This document shows positions 49,696-64,000 of a stretch of 64,000 nucleotides of DNA, in pieces. Origin of the DNA: the human T2T-CHM13v2.0 reference genome, Homo sapiens; NCBI RefSeq assembly GCF_009914755.1, contig NC_060931.1; one strand, given 5' to 3'. How positions within the stretch are numbered: position 1 is the first letter of the stretch; every line of letters starts with the position of its first letter. The notes beneath the pieces were generated by a model, which saw only the letters and a program-made list of their open reading frames with translations, had not been told where the DNA came from and ran no database searches. A program made the translations under genes and the position numbers.

Positions 49696-52231
49696 GAAAT
49701 TTAGAAGTCAGATTTTATCAATTCAAACAAAGTAATAAGTATGCATATATACTGAAGAAAAGTTGAAATGAAAGTCAACCAAGATCTGGAAACTGGTGGA
49801 AATAGTCATTTATAGATATATTTCATATCAATTATAAATAACTATTATAATGATTATAGTGTAATATCACTATTACAATGTGATTTTTAAGCATTATCAT
49901 GTATAAGAAGCGTAGTCTTATTTTTAAAGGGAATAGCAGACTCTCTTTGATTTGTCAGGATTTATCCACACATGAGCATATGTTCACTTCAGATGTCACT
50001 GCTGTATTAACAACAATAGTTCTACAAAAAGGGGCAAGAAGCTTATAAAGGACAGACTTTAAAAAGTCATTATTAGGTCAGTTACCTCAAAATAGTACAA
50101 GAAATTAAGTGATTGACCTCATTAAATAGCTCACCTCACATCATTTTATTCTGCAGAAATTAGCTCTGAGAAGTGTTATAGGACACATTTGACTTCGACA
50201 TTAGAGATTAAAAACGAACTAGAAAATGTTTCCAGAAGCTGATGAAGACATTAGGAAGAGTAAAACATAATCACGTTCTCTTTGTTGACAGTATTGGTAC
50301 AAATGAAATGTCAGAGTTTAAATTTTTTGTACTATGGCTTTTACATCTCTCTGATCTTGCTTATGCAATGGTTTTTAGCCCTCTCTGAACTTGGTCAAGT
50401 CATAAAATTTCTGGGTCTCACTTTTCCTTGCCTATAAAATAGGGAAGCATTTGAAATGTACATTCTATTGTATATTATTGTTTTTCTGAGATGTTTTGAT
50501 TATTCATCAGAAGCATAATTATAAGAGACTATAAGATGATTTTCAGAGCTTTGTACTGAAGGAACAGGAGGAGGCAGTTTTATAGTTTAGGTCCTGATGG
50601 GGTTTTTCTATGTGATATTGAACAAGTCACTGAACCCCTTCGTGACCCAATATCTAAACAATACAATGGAGATTCTAATTTGTACTCCTCATTTCTTACT
50701 GATGTCTATTGAGGATAGAGAGCCTGGAAGTACTTGAGGGATGGAACAAATCACAAAGTTAAGGTATTATTATCTTAAGAATCTGCTACTTCAATTGAAA
50801 AGGAGAATAAGTTGTTCTAGGGGTGAGTCAATGAATTATTAACATCACATGTGAACACAATTTTAACTCCTGATTTACCTAAAACGTTTGTTAAACAATG
50901 ATACTTGGAGTATTTATTTTACTGTCTTTTGAGATGAGTGTTCGATGATGCTTGATGGCTTGGAAATAAAATCTTCTTACATCTTTTGGAGGAAACATAT
51001 ATTAGGTATTTTGGGATATATGTATTCCAAAATAATTATGGAAAATAAAGACTACTTTTACTTTTGATATCAACTTAAAATGGTATTTATGATGATCATC
51101 TTCTATTTTCTAGGTACGTATTATTATACAGAAGTTATTGAAGTGTCTAACAGGCTCTTTATGAAAACATACTCAGAATATTCACATGTGGTCTTCACAC
51201 ATTTGTAAGTTTCAGCAAAGATGAAATATGTCAAATTTTAAATTTGATTGTATTTTCTATTGTAGTTGAAGTGTTGAGAGTAACTGAGCTGCCAGTGATA
51301 ACGTACAGAGAAAGAAAAGCCCAGGGCCTGGGCCTGGGCATGAGTATAGACTGTATTTAAGCAACTGTAGCTAAGAATAAAGTTCATAAAGGAAGTAGAA
51401 GAGAGTATTCAGAGAGGAAGGAGGAAATACAAAACAGGGCTGCACAGTTCTGGAAGCTAAGAGAAGGGAGACTTTCTACAGCTAGGGCTTGGTTGACGTA
51501 GGACAGAGGAAATTTGAAATGGCCAGGACCCAGGATCCACACATAGTCACATGATGAATCACCGAAGGTTTGAAGGAAAATTAATGTCATTTAGCATGGA
51601 GGCCTGGTGACAGGGGCTGGCAGTAGGGATCAGGGACCCAGCTGTGAACAGTGCTCCTCAAACACCTGGTTCCATATACCTGGAGGCCTTGGTGAAGATT
51701 AATAGGATTCAGTATAGGAGAACTGGACAGGAAGCCAAAGGACATACTGAGATGTTTTTGGGACAAGACAGAAACCCAAAAACTTGGTGAAGAGTGTGAG
51801 ATTGAGGTTCAGTGAAAGAAATACAACTGGTTTGTTTCTAGAAAGAGTGAATATTATCATAATAGTGGTAATAGCAAAAGAGATTTTAGGTACACCTACG
51901 GAGCTCTGTGGAGATTCTTTTTATTTCACGTTTAGAGGCTTAACTGATCCCTGAGGCTTGGATGACATTTAAACTAACAACTAGGAGTTAAGTGCTTAGC
52001 ACATAGTAGATGCTCAATAAATATTTTTTGAATGAATGAATTATATGATCTTATTTCTGGAGAATGGAAGTCTTCTGCTGTTTTCCAAATAATTCCAAAG
52101 GTATTAATTTACAACAGTGTTTTCTAAATGTTTCTATGAAAACTAATTTATCAAGGTGTTCATAAGTTTTAACATCAAATAATATTTTGACCAAGTGAGT
52201 CAAGGAACTGCTGGGTTAAATAAAGTTCATT

Positions 52232-52584
<353 letters not shown>

Positions 52585-53367
52585 TTATATTAATATGTAT
52601 ATGACTCTCTTAAAGATAGGTAGTATGTGGGCTTTTCCAAATGTATTTGATTACAGAACTCTCTTTTCAACTGCCACCTTTCTTTCCTGAAGTGTCCTTT
52701 GAATTAGTGTTATAAAGAACATGCATTAGGACATATTAGAATACAGAGTCACATAATCAAAAAATTAATAGAAGGACAAAATAAGAGATGGGTTTTGAAA
52801 GTATTGAGAAAAAAGGTGTCCAAGTACCTTTTTGTGGAATTTCTAGGATTTCAAAAAGCAAAATTTAAAAGAATTGGAGAATCTTCATTGTATTCCTAAT
52901 GTTCATCCCTAGGGATAAGAGGCCAAGAATCAAGAATTCTTGTTTACTTCTGGTCCACAGTTGGATGTTGGGCTGGATAAATTTGAAGAATATGGGACAT
53001 TTTCAGAAAATATGTATAGGATGAAGAAGATTATGAGTCAAAGGCAGTCAGTCATTGCAGTGTCTATACATTATTAAAGCTCTATGTAATTTATTCTACT
53101 TGAATTGCTTTGGGGAAAAAGAGCTCTTGTCTGTGCTTATGGGGAGTGGGTGGGTGGGAGGTATGGGAGGAGAGATCTTGTTCCTCTGAAACTATAAGAT
53201 AGTATCCATTACTGTGTCTGGCTCCCTCCCACTTAAAAGCAGAGTATGTGCCTCTATTCACTTTTATATAGACAGCGTCTCTTACCATACGTGGCATATA
53301 CTAGGTGCTTAGTAAAGGTTTGAGCTGAATTGAACTAAGAGGATCTGAAGAAAAGAGGCAGAGTTTG

Positions 53368-53704
<337 letters not shown>

Positions 53705-54156
53705 TCATGGCACCCCTCCACTCCCATTGTTTGGGTAATCTGGTTATTAGGAGCACCCTTTCTTTAGGAAGATGTTTTGTGGACATTGCCGCATGGTGTT
53801 TTCAAGGTGTTTTGCACCATGTTTCACTGGAGTGGATCCGAAAATATATTCTAAAAACAAAGCCCATAAGCTGTTCTTTATTGTTTACAGTGGCATATAA
53901 CAGAGGCCCCTCTAAGGTTACAAAGCCTATAGTTCTGGGAAAGGAGAAGGAAACTGGCCAAACAACTAAGCTAGAAGTTACGATAGTCTTTATTTCCAAA
54001 GAACTAGGTGGGGTAGGGATAGTATCAGAGTGATTGATATTTCATCCCTTTCTCCATCTTTTCGTGAAGAAGGAAGTTTGACTCATTTTAAACCAGACCT
54101 CAGAATAATGTCATCTTAACAGTCACTAACAAACTTCTTAAAAAATGAGATTCCTG

Positions 54157-54290
54157 GGCTGGGCGTGGTGGCTCAACACATGTAACCTTAGCATTTTGGG
54201 AGCCTGAGGTGGGAGGACTGCTTGACCACAGGAGTTAAAGACCAGTCTGGGCAACATAGCAAGACCCCATCTCTATTATTAAAGTAAATT
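54157..54290 (+). mobile_element. FLAM-type Alu monomer
   Basis: ggctgggcgtggtggctca...gcaacatagcaagaccccatctct; flanked by aaaaatgaga. Confidence 0.85.
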
Positions 54291-54560
54291 TTAAAAATGA
54301 GACTTCCGGAAAAATATGTTCAACATTATTTGATAATATAAATCTTTTAGTGGACTTCAAATCAAGTTAAAATAATATTTAATAAAACTATTATTATCAA
54401 ATATTAGAAGGAGAGTTTTTTAGTTTAACAAACATCTACGTTAACAGAATTATGACTGTCACTATGGCACAAAAATAAATGCCTTATATCTTCAAAATTG
54501 TTTATAGTTGAGTTAGAGAGACAGACATGTACCAAGATAATAAAGTGAATGAGAGGAGGC

Positions 54561-54615
54561 AGTGGTAAGTTAGTGGTAAGTAGTGGTAAGTTAGTGGTAA
54601 GTTATTGGTAAGTAG
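54561..54615 (+). repeat. 10-11 bp minisatellite (agtggtaagt[t])x5
   Basis: read directly. Confidence 0.9.
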
Positions 54616-55680
54616 AAGATTTGAATTCAGGCTGGGTGTGCAGCACCCTTAGCCTCCAGATGTACACACTAGTTTAGTGACATCAACGTGCTGAGATCCC
54701 AGCCCAGACATTTGGTTGGCTTTGAGAGTCCTTACCAGGAATGTATCTATGTTTCAGACGGGCAAATTCACAAATATTTGAATGAGTCATTATGATAGAA
54801 AAGCCAGTTCCAAAGGATTTCTTAAGAGAGAATCCCTCAGTGCTTATGAAAAAAATAATTCAGAGCAATCTAGACGCCACAAAAATTCTAGTATCTCCTG
54901 ACAAATATATTCTAGCTCTCTCTGATTCTTAAATTCAGAATTTAGAATAAAATTGAGATAGCTACTTCACAAATCATATTGCATAGGAAAGAGACCATAA
55001 ACACGGACCCTGGACCAACACTTAGGTCTAATATTTAGTTCCTGATTGACTTTGGGAGAAATATCTTATTTCTTCTATGCCTCTGTCATCTGAAAACTAG
55101 GAGTACAGCATCTAATGCAAGGGCTCACGTGAGAACAAAAGATATAATGTATGTAAGGTTAGATTCCTTCCTTACATTCTCTCATAGAATCATTTGCCTC
55201 TTTTTATAGCACATTTTACAGTTTGAAATTCAATAATTATAAAATTAACCCTTTACTGTTTGTCTCCTCTGCCTTCTGCAGGGAGATATGCTTCCTGAGA
55301 GAAAGGACCACGCTTCTCCTGTTTACCATGCTGTCTCCCACTCTAGCACATCCTTCAGCGATGCTGACCGGTGGAAACCAGAGCAGTACCTCGTGTATAC
55401 TACGCTATCGTAAGCTATTATAAGCATTGTTCTTTTTCTTCTCCCACCCAGAAACCTGAAGGTTTTCTTTTCCTTACTCTGTTCCTCTGTGAGTTTTGAG
55501 AATTTCTGTACCTCTCTTATGATACACGATATTACTGGCATAGTGCGTTCATAACACTTCCTAGATGCTACTCATATGTGGCATGAGCCTTCTTAATCAA
55601 CACTAAACTCCTTCTAAACTAAAAAGCATAATCCCTGTTACTTATATCTGTATTTAAAGTGGAGTTTTCCCTGAGTTGTT

Positions 55681-55978
55681 TCTTTTTCTTTTTTTTTTTT
55701 TTGAGACGGAGTCTCGCATTGTTGCCCAGGCTGGAGTGCAGTGGCGCGATTTCGGCTCACTGCAAGCCTAGCGGGTTCACGCCATTCTCCTGCCTCAGCC
55801 TCCCAAGTAGCTGGGACTGCAGGCGTGTGCCATCATGCCTGGTAAATTTTTTTGTATCTTTAGTAGAGAGCGGGTCTTACCGTGTTAGCCAGGATGGTCT
55901 CGATCCCCTGACCTTGTGATCCACCTGCCTCGGCCTCCCAAAGTGCTGGGATTACAGGCGTGAGCCACCGCGCCCGGC
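55681..55978 (-). mobile_element. Alu (AluY-like)
   Basis: TSD cctgagttgtttctt. Confidence 0.95.
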
Positions 55979-57161
55979 TCCTGAGTTGTTTCTTGTAGAT
56001 GAAACAGTAATTTCTTGGTCTGCTTATATTATTTTGCAAACTTGTCTTTTACTTTCACCTAAATTGTTAGGATAAAGTAAAGATTTAGACTGATTATTGG
56101 TACAGTTGCATCTCACTACTATTGTACTGTTCACTATTTCACATATACAATAAGAAACTATATATCCCTATATTATATTTGCCTAAAGGCAGAAGGAAGA
56201 TTAAAGGTACCATCTAACTCAGTGTTTGCTCATTATGCTCATTTTCATGTTGACAAACTTCTTTATGAATATAACAATTATTCCTTGATTTCTGCAACTC
56301 ATGGCAGCACTAAAATAGATTACAGCTCCAGGTTTATGTTCTGCTTACATTCAGGACAAGGGCTCTGAACAATTGCACATTTCCAGGAGAGGAGTTTCCA
56401 TGGAAACTTGGACAAAGGCAAAACAAAATAATTCTTCAAGGCCTATGAGAAAAAAATTTCACCTTGCTTTTTATTTGCAGTTCTGTGTCCCCTGAGCAGT
56501 TCAGCCAGCTTGCAGCTGCCCTTGCTCTCTAGGAATCCCCGTTTGAAAATTATATATAGCATTATGCATCTCTGAAATCTGCAAAATAGGATTTGATGAG
56601 TGTAAATGAAGAGTTATTTCTCTGGAAGGCTCAAACCCAGAGGTTTATTACAATACAATTTTTAAAAGTTAAAGCATACATTTAAGTAGCCACTGAATTT
56701 ATGAATATGGAGGTGTTTTTCAAATTATAAAATCCTTAAAATAGGCCTCAAGAAGAGAGTTTTAGGATAAATAAATGGAATCAGTGATTAGAGACAATTA
56801 GGCATTTCAAGGCAATTTGCTAGCTGAAAATAAAGACCAGGTCAAATGATTTTCGGTAAATGTATGGATCATATATCTTGGGTAAAAGGAAGTCAGGGGG
56901 TTCATATAAAGTCCTTCGGAGAATGATGTGTCTCCTGTTGGTTTGCAAAATCCTGTACAGCACGCTGTCTTATTTATTCTTGTATCTTCTATGGCACTAA
57001 GCACAGTATTTTTAAGGCACTTTGGGGGCTGGATGGGTGTAGTGAAGAGCATTCACCATCTCCCTCAAGAGTCCAGCATCACAGTCAGAAACAGAGTACT
57101 CTCTGCTTCCTAGGCAAAACTATTGACACTATTTAATAACTTCATCATACAGTTCATATTT

Positions 57162-58224
57162 TATCGAGGAACCTGCCCCGATAGTCACATAGGTTCTTTT
57201 CTATTTTCCCTAAGCATCGGCCGGTTTGAGAAATAAAGGGACAGAGTACAAAAGAGAGAAATTTTAAGGCTGGGCATCCGGGGGAGACATCACATGTCAG
57301 TAGGTTCCGTGATGCCCCACAAGCCACAAAACCAGCAAGTTTTTATTGGGACTTTCAAAAGGGGAGGGAGTGTACAAATAGGGTGTGGGTCACAAAGATC
57401 CGTACTTCACAAGGTAATAGAATATCACAAGGCAAATGGAGGCAGGGCGAGATCACAGGACCACAGGACCGGGGCAAAATTAAAATTGCTAATGAAGTTT
57501 CGGGCACCATTGTCATTGATAACATCTTATTAGGAGACAGGGTTTTGAGAGCAACAGGTCTGACCAAAATTTATTAGGCAGGAATTTCCTCTTCCTAATA
57601 AGCCTGGGAGTGCTGTGGGAGACTGGGGTTTATTTCACCCCTACAGTCTCTACCATAGAAGACGGCCACACCCAAGGGGGCCATTTATAGACCCACCCTC
57701 AGGGGCATATTCTCTTTCTCAGGGATGTTCCTTGCTGAGAAAAAGAATTCAGTGATATTTCTCCCATTTGCCTTTGAAAGAAGAGAAATATGGCTCTGTT
57801 CTGCCCGGCTCACCGGTGGTCAGAGTTTAAGGTTATCTCTCTTATTCCCTGAACAATTGCTGTTATCCTGTTCTTTTTTTCAAGGTGCCCAGATTTCATA
57901 TTGTTCAAACACACATGCTCTACAATTTGTGCAGTTAACGCAATTATCACAGGGTCCTGAGGCGACATACATCCTCCTCAGCTGACAAGATTAAGAGATT
58001 AAAGACAGGCATAGGAAATCACAAGGGTATTGATTGGGGAAGTGATAAGTGTCCATGAAATCTTCACAATTTATGTTTAGAGACTGCAGTAAAGACAGGC
58101 ATAAGAAATTATAAAAATATTAATTTGGAAAACAAATAAATGTCCATGAAATCTTCATAATCCACGTTCTTCTGCCATGGCTTCAGCCAGTCCCTCTGTT
58201 TGGGGTCCCTGACATCCCGCAATA
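57162..58224 (-). mobile_element. MER11 solo LTR (ERVK/HML-8 family, about 1.06 kb, MER11C-like)
   Basis: minus strand starts tattgcgggatgtcagggacccc...gaagccatggcagaagaac, ends ggggcaggttcctcgata; 6-bp TSD atattt at 57156-57161 and 58225-58230. Confidence 0.92.
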
Positions 58225-58506
58225 ATATTTCACTTTCTTTTCGTTATTGAGCTTAATTGTAATCATATTCAGAAACATATCCACTCTTCGATGCATTCTT
58301 TCAACAATAACTTCTGAATAATATACCAAGTACTATGCCAGGAATGTGCCCTCAAGGAGTCCATAAAGGGCTGCTGACTTTAAAAAAAGATGATACAAAA
58401 CTAAAGAAAAACACAGACAACAAAATGTGGTTACTGTACTCTGTAATATCTCATAATGTTGAGGACTGTCATGGGTTTTATGGGTGTCCAGAGCAGGGGC
58501 ATGTGA

Positions 58507-58894
<388 letters not shown>

Positions 58895-59688
58895 TGTTCT
58901 CAGTCTTGAAGGATGATTAGATGTGAATAAGGCATTCAAGCAGGGAAACACATTCAGAGAGAGGAAACATATGTAAAAACACAGGAACATGGAAGAATGC
59001 CAATGTTTCAGGCACTGAACATTGGGTTTAATGTAAGGAGTAATGGGCATGAGCTTGAAGAAGGCAGAAGCCAGGTCCTCAAATGCCTTTATGTGAAGTT
59101 AACAAGTGGGAATTTTATGCTAAAGATAGGGAACCCAGTGAGTTATCTCAGTGAAAGAAGGGCTAAATCTGTACCATTGTCCTAATTTAAGTGTTAGGGG
59201 CAGAGGAAGTCCGTAATAGAAGGGAGACCAGTTACGGGGCAAAGAGGCAATATTGACTCCCTATAGTGAGGGTCAAAACTACAGTGGTATAGACAACATG
59301 GAAGGGATAAGGAGATCTGGAAGATAGATGAGCTTGGTAACCAATTGTTTCGGCAGGGTATAAAAAAGAGGAAGGACTGGAGTGGATTTCAAATTTCTAA
59401 TGCAAGTGCTGGGAAAGTGGTAATACTGTTAAGTGAAATTAGTACAAGAAGCGAAAACAAAAAACAAACAAAAAACTCCATAAAGATTATAAAGATTTAG
59501 GGTATGGCTTTAGCCTGACTGCTCACCTGACCTCAAACAAGATTCTTAACCACTTTGAGCCTCATTCCTTTGAGATGATCATGTGGGATTGTTTGGAGGA
59601 TTAAATGAGATAATGTTTACAAAACATTCACACATTTGCTCAATCTATATTTTCTGAGCATTTATTGTGTACCAGGGTAAGGGGTTCA

Positions 59689-59990
<302 letters not shown>

Positions 59991-60710
59991 CTAATTATAG
60001 ATTTGGAAGCGTGCTTTGAAAGAAATAAAAATGTTGATGTGACAGTTACAGACAGGGTTGAGAGTTCTACTTTTTGATAAGTTGTTAAGAAAGGCTAAAA
60101 CTTGCAGGGAGTTATTCAGTCAGAGACAGCTAATCATAGTTGAGGAACAGCATCCGAGGCTGAGAAAACCACAAAGACTCTGAATTGGGAAAGAATTTGG
60201 AAGGACAGTACACACCTAGCAAATCCCTAAATATAATAAACACACAATAAATAATAGATATTATGTTTAGAAACAAGAAGACATGTATTGATTATATGCC
60301 ATGGAAAACTATCTGAACAAAATACCTAATTCATTTATTGCATACATAATATAGTCAGAACAATATTTAAAATTGACACATTTGCAAATGTATCTTTATA
60401 TTTAAGAACGTGAATACAATTGTAAATGGAGTGAAGGGTTGGGAAGGAGTTCTCTAAAGTAATATTGAGGTTTATGGACTAGGAATTCTTGTAGGGAATT
60501 GTGTGATTAATATGCTTCCCCATGGTATTGGAAATATATTTTTCTTTATTTTCCAATTAGTTTTTTATTTGTTTGAGTCAGACTCAACCTTAACATCAGT
60601 GGATCCTCCAAAGATGGGAGACTACCTTTTTGAAGACTGCAATCCACACAACTCTATATAGAAAACTCTATGTTAACTTTCATGCTTTTAGTAGAAATCT
60701 CTATTATTAG

Positions 60711-61055
<345 letters not shown>

Positions 61056-63529
61056 AATATATCATCTAAATGATAAAAAAATCACTCAATATAGATTGTG
61101 TTACATTTTTTAAAAATTGCAAATGTCATATGTTATACAGGGAAATTATTAAGTAACTATCCCGTCCTAGTGTTCAAGTGTTATGTCTGAGAGTTTGCTG
61201 TTTTACATGCAAAGGAAAGATTATAAACAACTTCTGTACCACATCAACGAAGTCATTCAAATTTGATATTAATCCTAGTTAAGCAATTTGCCTGGCATTC
61301 ATTTGATTTGTCTTCTTAAACTAGAATGCATAGTAAAAATGGGTTGCAAATATTTGGTAGTTATAAATTTAGGATTGAAAATATAGAAACATTAAACTTA
61401 GACTGATGTGTTAAAGCATGTTGATAATATCAATTAAAAATTTAAATGTCAAAGGAATTAACCAAAAAAGAAATAGCTTAGCAGACGTTAAAACCACAAA
61501 ACAGGAATAGGACTATTCTAGAATTCAATGAATGACAGCCTCCACGTCTGTTCAGAGTGAATTCTAACAAATAGCTAATGAATATAAACAGTCTATTTAA
61601 GTGCTGCTGGAAAATTCCCCTTCAACCAGCAGCTGACATGACTGTTGTCATTCAAAGGGCATAAGCAAATGTCAAATAATTGAATCATTGAGAAACTGAG
61701 ATGACAATGGCCTACATTCTCCTTAATGCTTTTTGAAAATTCTTCCCTGGGCTATTCAATAGATGATGTTTAATAACGGTATTAAGCTAAAGAAAAACCA
61801 CGGGAAGTCAAAGTTTAAATAGGGCTTAACTCTTTAATTGGAGATTCCTCAGGGAAATTGGCTGTGGCTCTTGCATACCAGGTTGAGTGTGTTTCTGTAA
61901 AATTGCACTGATAGGATCCTGAATCACCATGTTTTATAGATAAGAGAAATACAAACTTCACATGAAACAATGTGGTGCTCCAATCCAGTATGAAGATTGT
62001 CATATCCTAGCACAGGCAGCGCCTTCCAATTCTTTTCCTGCCTTCCTATAACTGAGTATGTGTGTCCTTAACATTTTTAAAGGAACTGTAGGCCAGCAAG
62101 GTGCTCTTTGCTAGAATTAAGGTCCATGTTCTCCTTGTACCCCCATTTCCTGTTTCTTCATTTGCCGTTGGCTTTTATCTGGTTTTCATTAACTCAGGGA
62201 CTTACATATCCATTCATTAGTTGGCATCTTCTAGCCTGACACCGTGACTGATCTTGGATTTGCTTCTTGATTCTTCCTTTGTCTCTTGGATCCAATATAA
62301 CTATGTGTCTTTGGAACTAACTCCACACATTTTTCTGTTTTTAGTCTTGCTACATCCTGCTCTAAGGCGAGTGGGTTATAGGTATATCCAGCAATACCAT
62401 TCTAGAAAAGACAATCTTTAATAATAGAGGCTCTAATGCCAAATCCCATGCATCTTTTAGTAACGAACAGAAATAACTTCTACATCCTTCAAGTTTAAAA
62501 ATATTCATAGCAGATTCTCAGAATTTTAATGGTTACTCAGATTTGAGCTCTGTGGCATAAATTGTCCAGCTAGTCTGTAGGAGCAAGGCAGGTTATTGCA
62601 TCTGGAACTATAGCAAGACAACAAAATCGATTATTCTAGATGTAATCTGAATACTTCTATAATGTTCATTAAAGATGTACTTTAATTATGAATACAAAAG
62701 TTAACATTAATTTGCAAACATTGCAATAAGTTACATACAGTTGATGTGTTAATACAAACTACTAAAACAAGTTATTGAAAAATTCTCTGGGAATTCATGA
62801 AATGATCTTTGTTCTAGATCAAAATATACTTGTTTATCCTAGATGCATGAAATGTGGTGATGATGGGATAAATCTGATTCCAAAGCCCACACATTAAAAC
62901 TAGCCTCCCTGTTTTAGTCATATATCAAATATGTCCAGTAGTGGATACTTTTGAGGCTCCCCCCAGAGGCTCTGGATCTCCTTTACTGGGTATAAACACC
63001 CGTTGCTCAGCTCCTTTACTCATAGTTTTGCCACTAACAGCTGTTACCAGCAGCCCTCTTCCAAGACTATCTTTGGGCTACAAATTGCTTTACCCAGCAG
63101 CTGGGAGGCAGGGTTGCTGGAAGTGCCTGGGAGGCTACCCTTCTCAGGTAAAAGGAGAGATTAATTCTGCAGATGAGTACCATAGACACAACATTAACAT
63201 GAGTCTAAGAAGCACATCTCTCACATTTTTACATGTTTTAACTGGGATGCAACTTATAATCGACTTGTTCTACTTCAAGTGGTAGTTTACTTTGTACACA
63301 CAATAAGGATATGTCTGATGTTTGATGGTGAGTTAGAGTCAATGAAATTAGGGACTAGAAAAGAGTGAACAAAAACTGTTTGAAAATAATCATGAAGAGG
63401 TTTAGGAAAAAACTAACATTTAAACTGGTAATATGTGGAAGTGTCAGGCAACCCATCCTATCGTTTTGCAAGTATGCTATCTGGAAATTAAGGCCAATCG
63501 TAGTTTAGGTAAAAGTTAAAGGAAGAGAG

Positions 63530-63700
63530 CAACATTTAACAGGGATCCTACTGTGTGTCCAGCACTGAAGTAGGTTCTCTGCCTCCAGCAACTTTTTCAT
63601 TTCATAATAAATTTTTGGGCCAGGAGGTGACATAATCACAAGGAAATTTTTTGAAGAAGATCCAGGCCCAAATCAGATGCTTGAGAATCACTGCACTGAT
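63530..63700 (-). mobile_element. MIR fragment
   Basis: cctactgtgtgtccagcactg...gaagatccaggcccaa. Confidence 0.45.
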
Positions 63701-64000
63701 TGGCATCAAGATGGTTTTACAACCATCTGCTTTTGATGACTTCTATTTTCCCAGCAGCCAAACCCCTATTCTAGGCAGGAAAATCATTAGCTATAGAGGA
63801 GGCAGATCTGGGTTCTCATCCTCATTCAGTCATTGGGAAACCAGTGGTCACCAAGAATTGGACTCTACAAATTTGGCTTCTTATATACATCCTTTCCAGG
63901 ACCAGGAATGGCCTGAAGTGGGAGAGAACCTGCAGTTTGGAAGTAGAGAGATGCAATAATAGGTAGTCAGGCAGAACATCTTTGGGGTCTTTAATCTGTT

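Noticed and set aside
62941-63285. 114-aa ORF / possible old LTR
   Set aside because: GTG start, no homology recognised; LTR16/33-like resemblance too weak to call

Overview
Primate (very probably human) non-coding genomic DNA, AT-rich and dense in repeats. It contains about 36 Alu elements (about 25 on the minus strand, 11 on the plus), L1/L2/MIR remnants, a full-length Tigger1 nested in an MLT1 LTR, MER2 and MER33 DNA elements, and solo LTRs (MER41B-like, MER11, MLT1, MLT2, MST). I can support no complete protein-coding gene; almost every ORF in the track comes from an Alu, LTR, Tigger or simple repeat. The main unique-sequence signal is a motif-rich promoter/first-exon-like block at about 12.4-13.0 kb facing the minus strand, with a second weaker candidate first exon at about 3.7-4.1 kb. 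I could not name the gene. The most unusual structures: (1) a 75-bp inverted copy of that promoter core inserted into an AluJ 2.1 kb away, next to an 81-bp tandem triplication and bounded by an 8-bp direct repeat; (2) a MER41B-like LTR with two intact tandem GAS (STAT1) motifs; (3) a separate polyadenylated, TSD-flanked MER41 fragment; (4) an AT-rich block of nested palindromes bounded by 16-bp direct repeats; (5) a three-armed Alu. Repeat subfamily names come from recalled consensus sequences and boundaries are approximate unless a TSD is quoted.
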